From positions 10,230,001 through 10,294,000 of the forward strand of contig OZ176054.1 in the NCBI GenBank assembly GCA_964247055.1: DNA of 64,000 nt, in the 5' to 3' direction. The notes under the pieces are model-generated. The model was not told the DNA's origin, made no database searches, and saw nothing but the letters and a program-made list of their open reading frames with translations. Origin of the DNA: Paragordius varius (Eukaryota > Animalia > Nematomorpha). Shown here in pieces: positions 1-15,300 of this stretch (position 1 is its first letter; the number at the start of each line of letters is the position of its first letter). The position numbers and the translations under genes are program-made.

Positions 1-3000
1 CTATTCTCCCTTCCATTGTATTTAGCTTTATTTAAAACAAATCAATATTGAGAATTATCAACCATAAAATATAAATAAATATATTTACGCGGCTTCGGTG
101 GTTTAATGTGTTTATCCTTTCTTCTGTTTTTTGAGCCCTGTTTGTTATCTACATATTCATATTACGTCCGTCAATAAAAGTGATAATTTATATTTAGATA
201 TTTGTAAAAAAATACCCTCTTCCTTAAGAACGTTTTCATTAGGTTGATTTTCCGAAATTTTAACTAATAAATAAAAATAAAATTAAATTGTACTCAAAAA
301 TATTATAAGCGACTTCTATGACCGCCAAAATATTAACGATTAAACTTTTTTGAAGTTATTGCATAAAATGAGAATATATTATTCACAGAATTCTCCTGTT
401 GCGTTTGGCAAATGTTTCTATAACCATTTTAATAACTTAATAAAAACTGTAAAAACGTTCACAATGCTCACGGTGGGTTTAAAATAAACGCATATTCTAA
501 TAGAAAACATATCGAAATTCTCAAATTTTGGAGTTTGCGAGTTGAAGATTGAGATTTCCTTTTTTAATAATTCCTGTGTATCATATAAACTAGCTCACAT
601 TAAAAATTAATTTTGATGGAGTCAAATGCTTTATTCATAAAACAAAAATTATAAAATTAATTTAAAAATATCCTCATTTTTGATTGTGGGCTCCCAAACT
701 TTTACTTTTAAAATTTCCTAAAACACGTTACTTTTATTAATAATGTCCGAAATGTCTAGAAGAATTTTGTATTAATTTTTTACATCGTAGTATTATACCC
801 CAGAGGCATAAATTAGAATATCATATTTTAAGTAATGAGCCAAATTCAAAAACATGCTTTCTTTGGCCTTTTGCAACTAAAATATTTAAAAATAAAAAAA
901 TGTTCGCAAGCTTGTGACCGTTATTTCTTTTGGATTTTTAAGCTTCTTTGGTCTGGAAAATGAATGTATATTATGGTTAAAAATGTTAATATGTAACTTT
1001 GGAAAGCTATAATATTCTAACACTGAATTTTTGATGATAAATTTTAATATATGCTGTTTGCTTTAATCGTGTTTTTACGCTGTCCGAAAAATCCGGGACT
1101 ATAGAAGTCAATAAACTTTAAAAATTTTAGGCTTTTATTACGAAATATAAGAAAAGAGGGTATGACAATTATATTTTGATTATAAATTTCCAACAAATCG
1201 TTAACGACTTAGAGTTTCAGCATAGAAAACTCTCTTTTTTAAATGTACACGAATATAAAAATGTAATGAAGTGTTAAAACAAAATTTTTTGCCATCTGTT
1301 ATAAATTTCTTTTTTAAATAATTTGAAGAGCAATTAAGACGCTTATAATTAATGTTAGATCCTTTTTTAATTAAATACTTATACTTAAAGGCTAACAAAT
1401 CCCTTAATTAGTACTTAATTGTTAGAAATAGCCCATAATTATTAAAAGTTTCCAACATCGTTTCCATCATGTTACCATTAAATACGCTTCAAAAAAGCGC
1501 AATTTACAAAAAATTATAATGTCATGGATCCAGTATACAATTCAAAATTCTTATCCTCATACTCTGCCCGTGTGTCATCATTTTTAAAAACAACTATTTT
1601 TGCGGCGTCCAAAAAGGTGATATTTAAAAAGACCGTCTTTTTTTAAATAAATGTAAATACTTTTTTTTAATTACTTTATCATATGTATTATTTTTTGTTT
1701 TAAAGCCTCAACTCTTTTATGATACATGTAGTCTTTGCAATTTTACGATATGGAAATACCATTAAAGTGGATTGATAATGTCTAAAATAATAAGAGCTAT
1801 GAAATTACTACATTAAACTTAAATAAAAGTATATTTTCATTTGAATTGATTTACTTCGTTTTTCATCAGGCTCCTCATCAGAAGAATCAGGGTCGGGATG
1901 TGGTCGTCTATCTCGATTAGATGGTCCTAAATTTTTTAATGCAAAATCTACCAGCCTCCTCTTCAGGGTTCGTACTTTCTGCTTCTATTTCAGACACTTC
2001 TCTATCATTGACTACATCAGGCATAAGGTCTAAATCTATTTTAACATTGTTAATACTATTCGTATAAATAAAGTATACAAAACCGATTAAAGATGTTAGA
2101 TATATATAACAATGTAATTAATATATATAAATTTTAATAATATATTATATTAAACCATATATACATTATATAATATTAAAAATATTTTGGTGTTTATGAT
2201 AATAAATCATTTAAACCGAGAGTTGACAGTTCTATCAAAGGTTTTTTAGGAAATGCTAGTTTCTATAGACCAGCGGTGGCCAATACGCGGCTGCCCGTCG
2301 TATGCGGTTTTACTCTATGCCCATGAGAAATTTTTTATAGACAAAATCTTACGAATTTAAGTATTGATTTTTAAACAAATTTTCGAACAATTATCCGAAT
2401 GTCGGCAATGAACTATCAAAAATAGTAAAAAAATTGTGGTTGTTACAGTCTTTAATGTAAAAATGATGCATATATATTTCGCGAATTCAGGCCGGGAAGC
2501 CATTTGTATTGGACACCCCTGGTTTAGACATTTTATTTAATCAGGGCTTCAAAAATATAACCAACATCATCTTTTACCTCTGATATAGCACTTCAATAGC
2601 TTAATATATTAGTCAAAAGCACTCTTTTTTAACTATATTAAGTTTTATTGAAATAAATTGTAGGAATGGATTGTTATAGATTAACCATATACTGAAATTT
2701 TTCTTGTAAAGTTATGAGAGATATGATTAAATTACATTATTTTTGGTCAGTAATATAATTAAAATCAATCGGTCTAAATTTTATAATTATATTGAAAGCT
2801 TTTTAACATATGTGTACGATATTGAGAAAAAATATTTATATTAGTTATTTACCAATTTCTTCAACGGCTAAAAAGAGATATTAAAAAATATAGATAAAAT
2901 GGGAAACAATTATTACAATTAATTCTAATTTTAATTTTGAGCTAATGATGATAACAGTATCCCTAAAGCACAATGATGCTTTATAATTGGAACCGCGCAT

Positions 3001-3326
3001 TTATAATTTTGTTATTTATATATATAGACACGATTGAGTCAAATTATTAGATGTTGTTGTTAAAAATATATTCACACTCATTTATTTGCGTTATTTATAT
3101 GATTATAAATATCTTATGCAAAACAATCAGAAATTAAAATAATGGAATTTAGATTCCCTAACCACAAAGGTTTCTTAATTTGTGTGCTACTCAATAACGA
3201 TCTTATATTAAGTTTAATCGGTAATTGTATATTTTTAAAGCCAATTATGTAAATAGTAAATGCCATAAATAAAATGCAAAAAAAGTATTATGATGTAATT
3301 TTAGCTGCCTACTACTATTTTTATAT

Positions 3327-3368
<42 letters not shown>

Positions 3369-6300
3369 CCTGTCTTATATTCCTCGGGGGCTATGCCTAA
3401 AATATTTGTTTAAGGTAAGGATTAACTTGTATCGCTATTGAGCCAGGCTTCAAGCTCCTCTAATTATAATATATTTAAATACCGTTGGGGTTGACCGCAT
3501 TCAAAATTTCTAAATTAATATAAAATATTTTTATTAGCAAAAAAAATAATTAATTATTTATAATAATAATATGTATTCAATTAGATAAAAGAATTAAATT
3601 GTTTTTTTGTTAGTTTTTGCATATAATATATTTATAATACCCACAAACTAATTAATTTGTAAGAAGGGGTTCTAACTTTGAACGAATATAAAATTAAAAA
3701 ATAGAGCGCAATGATCGGCATGAGCTAATTAATCTATAAACACCGCTTATTTTATAATGTTTATTATTAGGCAGGGTGATCTGATTGTTAAACGGTAATA
3801 AAACTTATACTTTTTTTATTTTATTAGTTTTATTTTTCTTTAAAACAATTTTTTAAGGGATAATATTTCTAAATTACAATTTTTTTATTAGAATTTAACG
3901 TTTGTTTGTTTATTAACATTGTTAAAAAACATTGGATAAATTTCCTCTTCTATCATCTTTTATTCATAAATGTGAAGTGCAAATTATAAAAAATTATTTT
4001 TTAGTGACACGGATGATGTAGACACACGACAGTTTTAGGGTCTGGCACACCACCGACACACACATTGTTAGAGTCAAATGCTCTATTCATTATATCATCT
4101 CTCCTTTTTACGAAACCATACATTATAGTGTTTTTTAAGATTGAAATTTTAAGGAGACATGAAGGCTTTAAAGCTCGCCTTATCTGGTAACAGCGATAAT
4201 AGAAAAAAAACAAATTTCAGGATTAAATTGGTTCCCTACGCATTGAACCATTACTTAATACTATACTTATATTTTGGGCATTCTATATGAAGAAAATATA
4301 TATAAACAGAAATAGAAAGGACACATTGTCCCCATTAGGTTACCTTCGTTTTGGTTTACTTGATCTAAAATATAAAAAATTTTACAAAGATTATAATACA
4401 ATATTAAAATGTTGACTAAACTTATTTGCTTTTATTGAAGTTTTTAAATATGGTATTTTTAAATATGTTCCCGGCATAAAAAATCCTTTTGAAAATTAAA
4501 TTATCTGTAAAATGCGACCACTACTCCAAAGAACTCATGAAAGGCGTGGCTTGAAGCCAAAGTCAATTTTTAGCAGTCATTTTAATTTATAAAATATTAA
4601 AAATTATATGCCTTTTAAAGAACTATTCCTTATTTATCTGCGCTAAAAAACTTGGTTTTTTAAGTTATTTTTATAAAATTAATTAGCTTAATGTTACGCA
4701 TCATTATATAAAAAATATGTGTACACCTTTGGATTTTGTTTAATAGTTTTAATTATGACAGATATACTCAGAGATATAGCATATTGAAAATATACCCTAC
4801 AAAACTCTAAAGAAGACGTTTTTAATATAGTTAATATAATTATATAAGTGGCAAATCTTTTAAATGTCGGCCATATATAAAATCCATTTACTCCATTCCG
4901 CTGGTGGATTTCCTAAGGCATCAATTATTTCGGGAATGGGAGATATGGGATGCTGTGCAGCGGCATTCGTCAAGTCTGCCAATATTTCATCAATCATAGC
5001 CAGCATCGCAGCGGGATCATTAACACCTTGTATGACTGGGGAAATATATTAGTATAATCCAATAAAAACAAATGGCTGTTTTTAAAAATCAATAATTACC
5101 GATTTGCCGTCAAAATATAACATTATATTCATAACTTATTTTTTAGTGATTTTGTTTCTGATAACTTTGATGATTATTTTATACAGATTTATATTCTAAA
5201 AAATTAATGACACGACACAAAAAGATTTTTCATATTTTTTTGTCTAAAAATATATATATTTAACACGATTAAAGAAAGTTAACAATTTAGATTAATGAAT
5301 GATTTCCATATAAATTAAATTTTAATTGTTACACCAAAAAAATTATATAAACATAATAATTACTTAACGTAGGATTGTTGTCCACAATCGGTGGGTCAAA
5401 GAAGTTTTCTATTTTTAATCATACACGACATTAAATATTTATTATAAATACTTTGTTGTACGGTAATGGCAATTAAATAAAAGGAAGATATTTAGAATCC
5501 GTAAAAACAAATCAACGCACTAAGCCAAAACCCAAATTTTTTTCCTTTTATTAAATGGAAGGGGCAAAAGATTTATAAGGGGCATTCCTACACCCCTACG
5601 TCACAACCCGATTGATTTTTTTGCAGTATGAAATAAAAGATCTCATGAAAACGAAAACAAATTTAACACGTTGTATATATGAAAAATCCTAAAAAATGAT
5701 TCAAATCTTTTTAATAATTTTTTTGAAATTTGTAAATTAATATTTAGGTATTATGTAAATGCATGAAAAGTGGGATGTTTTCAAACAGCCTCGATATTGA
5801 TCTAAATGCAAATGTGATTTTTAATACTAAACTTAGTTATAAGGGGTTCTAGAAGCCGTGAAATAAAAAAGTATAATTTTTTAGATGTCTTTTGACACTA
5901 ACTTTTATCTTAAAATAAAAACACCTGCCTGTAGGGTAATCAAGATGGATTAGGTTTTTTATTAATATATTAATTGTAGTCATAAATATTATAGTTTTAA
6001 CTAAAAACATCAATGAAATGTAGGAAGACGATCGATTTGACGAGACCCCATTTTGTTTATCTAATATTAAACACAAAAGCTCAAGAATCCGTCAAAAAGT
6101 TATGTTTTTATCATTCGGTTGTGCCAATTAGGTGATTTAAGGTAAGTTTTTCTTATCTATCAGAAAAAAAAGCTGCTTATCGTTTTCTGGTGGACACATA
6201 TGGGGAAATATGATTATGAATTAAAAAGTGGTGATTTTATTGTGAAAGAGAGTGAACGCTCTAGTTGGCCAACAAAATTATTGAATAATGACTCAACTCA

Positions 6301-9300
6301 AACTTAACAGCGATTACCAGAATTACATGTATCACAAAAGCCATCAGTAGATGTTTACGAGCAATGAAGACAATTAAGGCAGTAAATGGATTTTATTCAA
6401 TGAATATAAAATCGAAAATCGCAAAGTCTATCGTTAGATCCTGCTTCAGCGTCTCGACAAGAAATCATTTTTTGCTTCAAATTATGACATGATGAAAAGT
6501 GGTTTTTTGTTCTTAGCGGAAGAAATAGTGGATTACCTTAGGAAAGTGGTCTATCAGAAGCAGCGCCTAACATTGTGTTCACAGAAAAATAATCTGATGA
6601 AATATTTATCTTCTGATAGGAAAACGTAACAGGATTGTTATGCTTTTGATTTTGGCCCTTGCGAGTGATTTAAGAAAGTTATTTACAATTTTATGCTAAG
6701 TGTTTCGTATCGGAAAATGACAAATTTGGCCACATTTCTCATATAAAATTGTTTTGGTGAAAGCTAATTGCTTCATTCCAAAAAATATCACAAAAATATA
6801 CCATATACTACATATAAAAACAAAAAATATTTTTTAAAAAAAATTTTTAAATGTGGGTTAAAGGTATTTTTTAAAAAGCGAAAATGTCGAGATTGCGTCG
6901 TGAATTCTAAATATAACTAAATTTGGATATCAACTAAAAATATTTATAAAAAAAGTTTTTCAAAAATGTATTTAGTTTATATCAAATTATCGCGCAATCG
7001 ACATTTTTGCATTAATTTTGAAAACTAGCCCTTAGACGAGTGAAATTTGAGACTTTCAAAGTCTACATCTAGAAATTATTTTTTAAAAGTATTACTTTGC
7101 TTTTTAATATGTAGTTTTTATATTTTAGTGATATTTCTTGTATTGAACCATTTAGCTTTGACCTAAACATTTTAATTTAAAAGGTGTGCGATTTTTCCAT
7201 TATATGGATGACTTAACTCAAAATGTAATAACTTTCTTAAATCAATCGTAGGGCTAAAACCAAAAGCATTATGCTGATCTTGATACATTTTCCCATCTAA
7301 ATATATATTTTATCAGGTTTTTTTATACCCCCCCAGGCTTCAACAAGGAGACCAAAATATGTCTCTGTTTAAACCAGAGTGGTATTGTGTATTATAAACT
7401 TGAAGCCCGGTTAAACCGTAAGTACACAACGCTCTCATCAGCAAATGATTATTTACACCATGCACTTTAATCAAAAACGTCCGAAATGGGCCAGAAGACT
7501 TGATAAAGTGATTTCGCTGTATAAATATGCACCGTTTAACACAGCAACAACAAAAAGTCCCTTAAATCTTATGTATTAAATATTTCCACATCTGCAATAC
7601 TATGGCCTTACGCTATCAATTACTTTTCAGGAATGCAGCACATACGAGCAGGGCAACACTTTAATAATTTTGAAGCCGTTGAAAAACGGCTTCAATGGTT
7701 TACGGGAAAAGACAATCAGGCTTTTGCATGTCTTTCGTATATATTACCTGAGTTATGGGCGAAACTTTATGAATATTTATAAACCCTTACTAAATCTCAA
7801 TAACAATTCTTTTTAATATTTTAATAATTACATGATTTTATATCAAATCTAATTATAAGACTGCAAAAACACGGAATTCTTTTTAGATAAATACTTATAT
7901 ACAATGTGACCCCAATATTGTTTTTATGTTATGATGCCTTTCTATATAATAATATCTAGTTATCAAATTATGGCATTTCGCCCTCTTTCGAAATCCCAAA
8001 ACTCATTTTGTATATGGGCTTAGAAAGAGTACTTTTTAATCAGATTCCAAATAAGTTAAAAAAGATCCTGAAAAATTATATATTACAATATTATCTCTAA
8101 ATCTTATTGCTAAAAATATGTTAAAATTATCATTATTATTAATTTTGAATTTTACACAAATTTTTATTTATTTATATTATCATAACCATTGCAAATGGCA
8201 TGTAATGTCCGTTAAAATCTTATCACAAAAATTATTAAAATTATGCAAAATTATGTTTGATTTTTTGAAATCGCATCAAAAAGTTATACTTTTGCGTGAT
8301 TAAAAATAATAATTAAAAATTTCATCTAATCAAAAAACAGCTATGTACGAGAAAATCAATAAATATATCTTTTATTTTTTTATATGGACCGTGACTCTTT
8401 TTGGATATTTCAAAAGATTGTTTTCCAATTTTTGACAAAAAATACTATAAACCAAAACATGACATTATATATAATATTAATAATTAGATTACTGTTTATA
8501 TTACGTTAACATGCAACTTACCCAAAGCTAAATGATAAAAGTTTAAAATTTATAAACGATTGATACCATATCGTGAGGGTCCCCTGAAACCTGTTAAAAG
8601 GTGTATAATTATTATTACTTAAAATTAATATATAAACAGAGTACACAAAAAATATCCTGTGGATGATAGATAAATGTATCAAAATTCTCCTGTTGCTTCT
8701 GAATTTGGATCTCACAAGCGATATAAAAAAGTTATTGCCACTTTTGTGGTGACTGCTTGATATCAGATGGAAAATTTTGTGCACATTGTACTAAAAAAAA
8801 AATTCATTGGTGAAAGCAAACGCTTTATTCCAAAAATCGCCAAAATATATCAATGCTAAATTAAAAGGAAACTATAATTTAAAATCAAAGTTCAAATCTG
8901 GGCTCCGACAGTTTCAAATTTTTGGATCCTCCTAAAATGGGAATGTTTTCTTAAATTAAATGCAAAAATGCTGATACAAGATATAAATTCTTGAATTTTT
9001 AAATTTTCAAAAAGTTTTCTCATAAAAATAAAATTTTCTAAAGAGTTTAATTTAAAAGAAAGTTTTGGTGAAGTATGGTAATTTAAAGTATGATGAAAAC
9101 GGTATAATGGGACTTTAAAATCTCAATGATGCCGGAATCTATCACTTCAGAATCTTTATTAAAAGATTCCTTTGTTTACAAAAATAATTTATGTATAAGT
9201 TATGAACTAATGAGTTTAAAAGTTCAATCAAATACATTTTAAATCAAAAATCTGAGGTGACAGATATGTTCAGTATCATCGAATTTAAGAAAAAATCTTT

Positions 9301-12300
9301 TTCACGGGAAGTAATATTTAATCATATACCATTAACACTACAAATCACCCTTGAACAATATAAATCCCCTTAAACAATTCAAATTCACCCTAGAACAATT
9401 CCTTCTTCCTAAATTAATTATGTGTTTATTAAGAGTAAAAATACCTGTATTTTTTTATCTTTAAAAAAGAAATTTTGTTTAAAATTAAAATTCTGCTGAA
9501 AAATGAATAAACTAAGCCAATTAGATATATTTCTTATTAATAATAAGTTATGTTAGCTCGAAAACACAATTTATTTTTAGGGTGAATTTGAATTGTTTGA
9601 GGGTGAATATGAATTGTTTGAGGGTGAAATTGAATTGTTCAAGGGTGAATTAGAATTGTAAATGGTATATATTGATATCAAAAAGCTTCAAGATAATATA
9701 TATCAAAAATAAATGCAAAAGATATCTAGAAAAAAAGTTATTTTAATTTTTTTATAGCCAAAATCTAAAAATCGCATTCTTGTCGCACATTAGGTCGAAT
9801 AAAATTAAATACAGCGGAGAGCGTAAGCGAAATCATATTTGATAATATATACCATAAGGTATTGCTAAGCGCAAGAAAAAAAATTTGCAATTTGCACCAA
9901 AGCAAGACTATAATTATTACAAAACACATATTAATATATAAATACCTTCCTATAATAATGGAAAAAAAAAACTATCGACTCATTTTTTTGATTTGAGAAG
10001 TTTTTATGCCTCGTGATCAAACATTTTATAGCCATCTATTTCCCGGCTTTAAGGCATTAATCTCTCAAGTTTAATAAAATGAACCGATAGACATTTTTTT
10101 CTCGGTCAAATTTTTTTTATAAGCCTTAAATTTTTTGAACGCGATATTTGGGTAAACTCTAAATAGATGTGAATGTATGATAATTAAAATAGAATTTATA
10201 ATATTTTACCGCACAATAACAAGTTTATTGGATTCAAATTTGACGCCAAAATGCAAATAGCATTAATTCCTGTAAGTTCAAACCCAATCGATAATATATT
10301 TAGCGTTTATAAATATTCTTATGGTATATAATCAAATAAAATTTTTGATTCGTTTTTCTCCGTTGTAATTATTTTTATCGACTGACTAATATGGGACGAA
10401 AATGCAATTTTTTATCCTAATAGCAGAAAAAAATATCTTTGTTAACCGCATTTTTAATCTTCATTATCCTGATACTATTAGCTATCAATGATATATTATT
10501 TATAATTAGCGCATTTCTGATACCCATTTTTCGCGTACAGTGTTTCTTTTTGCTTAGAAATCCCTAAAACTTGTTTTACCAAAATTTTGCCATCATATAT
10601 ATTTATAAGCAAAATATCCATTTTTCGGAAAAAAACTTTTTTTGATATAAAAGTTTTTAAATTATCCCGCAGTATCGGTATCTCTGCGTTTATTTTATTT
10701 CCCAATTTCAAAGGGGCGGAAAATTTGAAACTTATGAAGTACACATCTAAAAAAAAATTTTATTGTTTATGATATATTTAAATAGAGTAATTGAAATTAT
10801 ACGATCAAAACGTGAATGTAGAAAGACAAATATTTTTATCTAAAAATCATAATATGTCAATCAAGATTTATATCAATATACATTGTTTTAAATGGCAGAG
10901 TGTGAAATAGAGATATATAATATTACACAATCAATTCTATAATGTACAAAGTAGCTTATATGGGAAACATTAAGGTTTTAACAACTATGGTTGTCTTTTA
11001 GATAAAAATATTTGTCTATATTTTCACGTTTTGTCCGTATAATTTCAATTTTTACTGTAATATTTTTTTGGAGTAAAGCATTTAGCTTTCATCGAAAAAA
11101 AATTATTTAGCAAAATTTGTACAAATTTTGTTGTTTTCTTATGCAGAGCAGTTACCACAAAAGTGGTAATAACTTTCATATGTATTAAGGGCAATACTAA
11201 AAGTACCTTAGATTTAAGATACATTCTATCAGAATATAGATCTTAATTTTAAAACCCTTGATTTTTTCACAGTGTATATGCATGTCTATATTAATTTAAC
11301 GGTCACTTTTTCATTAAGATGTTTTGTAACAGATATTAATGATAATTATAGTATTTCATATTCAAAAGGTATAAGGTGCCCAACAATCCTTCAATGATGT
11401 TTTGTGCGGCCAATGTCAAAAAAATAAAAATTATTATTCCAATTTATGAAAATTTAAATAATAATCTATTTTCTGATACGAATTCAAAATAAAAATGAGA
11501 CCAAAATTATGGATGTAGCCGGCGACTTTATCCTTGCTAATTAGAGATATTTTTCATAATACGATAATAAGATTATTATCAATGGTAGATATCCAAGGTT
11601 TAACAATCAATTATATCAAAATGTAACGCTTTTTAGCATATTTAATACGACAAATTTATGTAACAAAATATATATAAAAAATCATTTGAACCCTGAAAAA
11701 AAATATTTTTACCTGTTATATCAGCTAAAATCATGAAATGAAATATGTTACATTATAATATATTATTTGCATTACACTATTATTTTAATTTAAATTAAAT
11801 ACCTCTTTTGGTGCGACGATTCCTTTTTGGCTTAAATTTCAATCGATAAAAGGAATTTGGTTTGTTCCTTGTTTTAGTTCCCACCATATATACCGTATTG
11901 TTGGGATATAAAGAGGAAATTACGATTCCTGCATGGATTTTGTTAATTTTTTGATATTCTATTTATAAATTTTTACATAAAAATTAATAAATCAAAAAGG
12001 AAAATTTAACATTTGTTAAGTGGTATAAAAATCAGGGCTTCTAATCTTCAGCTGGGCCCGCGGTTTCATTGAATTGGAATCAATCACGTTCTTGTTACAC
12101 TTCTTCAGAACCGCACCAGTTCCCGGTTCAAAATTTCAGAAACTGTCCCGGTTCCATTTTTACAATTCGGTTCCACCTCCAAAATAGGTGGTTTCCATAT
12201 CATTATATTAAATGGAAAAAAATGAGCCACACTATATATACCATTTACAGTTCTATTCTAATTCACCCTTGAACATTTCAAATTCACCCTAAAATAAAAT

Positions 12301-15300
12301 ACGTGTTTTTTAAAATTAGATATTACCTATATTTTTATATTTTTAAAAAATGGAATTTTGTTTGTAATTGAAATAATAATAAAAAATAATAAACTAAGCC
12401 AAAAAATATAATTCGTATTAAAATTAAGTTATATTTGTCCGAAAACAGTTAATTTATTTTTAGGGTGAATATGAATTGTTCAAGGGTCAATTTAATTTTC
12501 TAGGGGGAATTTGAATTGTTCAAGGGTGAATTCGAATTGTAAATGTATCAGTGGTACTCAATTTTATATTAAAATTTTATCATGTGAGCTTACAATTGCA
12601 CATATAACGGCTACAATATAAAACTTTTACGCGCTGAAATAAATTTTTACAAATGTGAGAAGTAGTCTGTAAGAATTGTTGGTAAAGTGAAATAAAGAGT
12701 TCTTCCATATATGCGAGAATCAATACAAATATATTTATTACCTACCTTTGTACTTTTTACTATCTAATATTTATTTCAAATCAATTATGTTTTGAATTGA
12801 TTTTTGGTTTTATTATATAATATAAATGTTGTAGTAATATCATTTAATGAAAAGTCAAAAACCTAAATAACGCCGTTAAATATTTTTTAAAACCAACCAT
12901 CAGGTTTTGGTTTCACTTGCTCAGGAAGCAGTTCCTGTTTCAAAATTTCAGGAAACACCGCCCCAGTTCCATTTTTAATTTCTTACAAACCAGACCTTTT
13001 CAAACCGGTTCGAAACCGTGGTAAAAATAAAAATTAAAATAGTTTATAAAATATATTTTTTTTAGTTTATTTAAGCATCAAATAAATAGACAAATTTATC
13101 GATTGGACCCCGAGGCCATTTGTATTAGCCACCTCTGATTTAAAGACGTTACATAAACAAAAGTTAATGATTAATCATATACTTGGATCATATATTGTTG
13201 ACACGTAATTTGTCCCAGTATTTCTCCGTTTTACTTGGTAAGATATTAAAGGAGCCGTCAAATTTTCTGTACATTTGTAAAATATTTAAATTTAAGGAGA
13301 TAGGTTTATATTAAAATCAATATTTCTACCTTTTATTAAAAAGGCCTTGCATATAGATCGTACGTTTCTAGCATTTTGTTCGATATCTATGATTTTATTA
13401 ACATAAGAATGATAGTAAGTCAATTAAAAAGGAGAAAAAGTTAATTATTAAAATTGGACCTAAAAGATTATTTAACCGGCTTACTTTAATCCTAATATAA
13501 ATCATTTTGTGCATGGTTACACTTGGACAAGTTGAATAAAGGGAATAAAAAAAATTAAATAATCAAATTTTTTGAAATGTTATAGAATACCATTGATTAA
13601 TAATAGAAAAAACGAGTATGATAGGTTTATATTTAAAGATAAAATTGTTATAATGTTTTACTTTCTAGATTAGGGTAAGTTTTATCAATCGTAGATGTGA
13701 AGTTCTTTCCATTTTTGTACAAATATGCTGTAATTCCGTATCTAATAGCTATATATATATAGGTATGAAAAATGTAGATGAATTAGAAAAAAATAGGTTT
13801 TTTGTTATTAATCTGTTTGACTGGTCGCCTACATACTTTTAATAGATACAGCCATACTTTGTCAAACTTTTTATTTTCTATTTAATTTTTATGATTAATC
13901 GTAAAATATCCAAATAAATTGCGGTACCAATTTCCATCTCTTCCTAATATTCAATTCAAAACGATAAATAGTATCTTAAAACAAGGTAAATATCTAGTTG
14001 TCGTTTTTAAAAAATATTTGTTTAGTTTATGTGTCTGATAACAATTACTGTAATTTATTATTTTCATTCATGTTGTGATATGAAGACTATACTACTGAAC
14101 AGATTAAGATGGAATAAAGTAGCCATATGATATTATTCATAAAACTTAACAAAGGAACATACTATAATAACAGATGGTGATGAATGGAATAAAAGAGATA
14201 TTATATGGAAAATAGGTTATTAATATCAAACTAAACACTATTACTAAAGCACTGTGCAGAAAAAATGGGGTATAAAAAATAAAGGTTAATGAATCATATA
14301 TCATTCGATAGCTAAAAGCTTTAGGATAATGAATATCGAAATGATATACGCGGTTAAAATAGCAAAAAAAAGTTTTTCAATTTTTCTACTATTAGCCAAA
14401 ATAATCGCATTTTCGCTATTAGGTCTAATAAAATTAAATATACCATTACTTCAATAGTGTCCTTGAACACTCCAAGTTTCCTTGGACATGTCAAGTTAGT
14501 CCATGAACACTTCAATTTGGTCCTTTGACATTTTTGTTTTGTTTTTATTTTTATCAATCAATTCGTAAATCATTCATCTATTTTATTGTTTTTAACCTAT
14601 TTTCTATTATTTTCATAAATTTTAAATTAATATCAACTTTTAATCATGGAGAAACCGTATATAATTATTAATTTTCATCAAATTTTGAATATTTATAAGA
14701 TTTTAACATGTAATTAAAAAGTATATAAGTTTTCTGGGTTAATATTTATTTTTTATTGAAACATTTAAAAGTTAATAATTTTGTAAAATTGGAAAACAAT
14801 TAGTTTGAAACAAAAAATGGTTTTTGTATAGAAATTTTAATTTTAAATTGAATAATAATAAATAAAGAAAATTACGTGAAAAAATAATAAAATAAAAAAA
14901 TACATGCAAAAATCATGATTAAATCAATAGTTAAAAATTTTAAGGATGAACCTGAAGTGTTCAAGGACCAACTTGAAGTGTTCAAGGACACTCTTGAAGT
15001 GGAAATGGTATATATATGAGAACGAGTCAACTAAATTTTATTTGTCATAGCATAAGCATAATTCTCGCAAAATGATATCAACAAAAAGATTTTACATTTT
15101 TTCGGAGGGTCCACAAACATTTTTTAGAACATCAGCTAAAAAGCGCACTTTGTCGTCAAATTTAAATCGTAAAATCTTACTAATATACGGTAAAATATTT
15201 TAATATTTATTAAAAGAATCATATATTAATGTGGAAATCGTCGTAAAATGACGTGAAAATAAAATATAATTGATTAATTCTTAAATTTTCGCCATAGGCA

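Noticed and set aside
4864-5052. Plus-strand 62-aa ORF MSAIYK...
   Set aside because: It is the antisense shadow of gene 1 exon 4892-5035.
10512-10563. GISKQKETLYAKN as the post-furin exon of gene 1
   Set aside because: It has no phase-1 donor; 8567-8590 (GFRGPSRY) matches the paralogs in phase and sequence.
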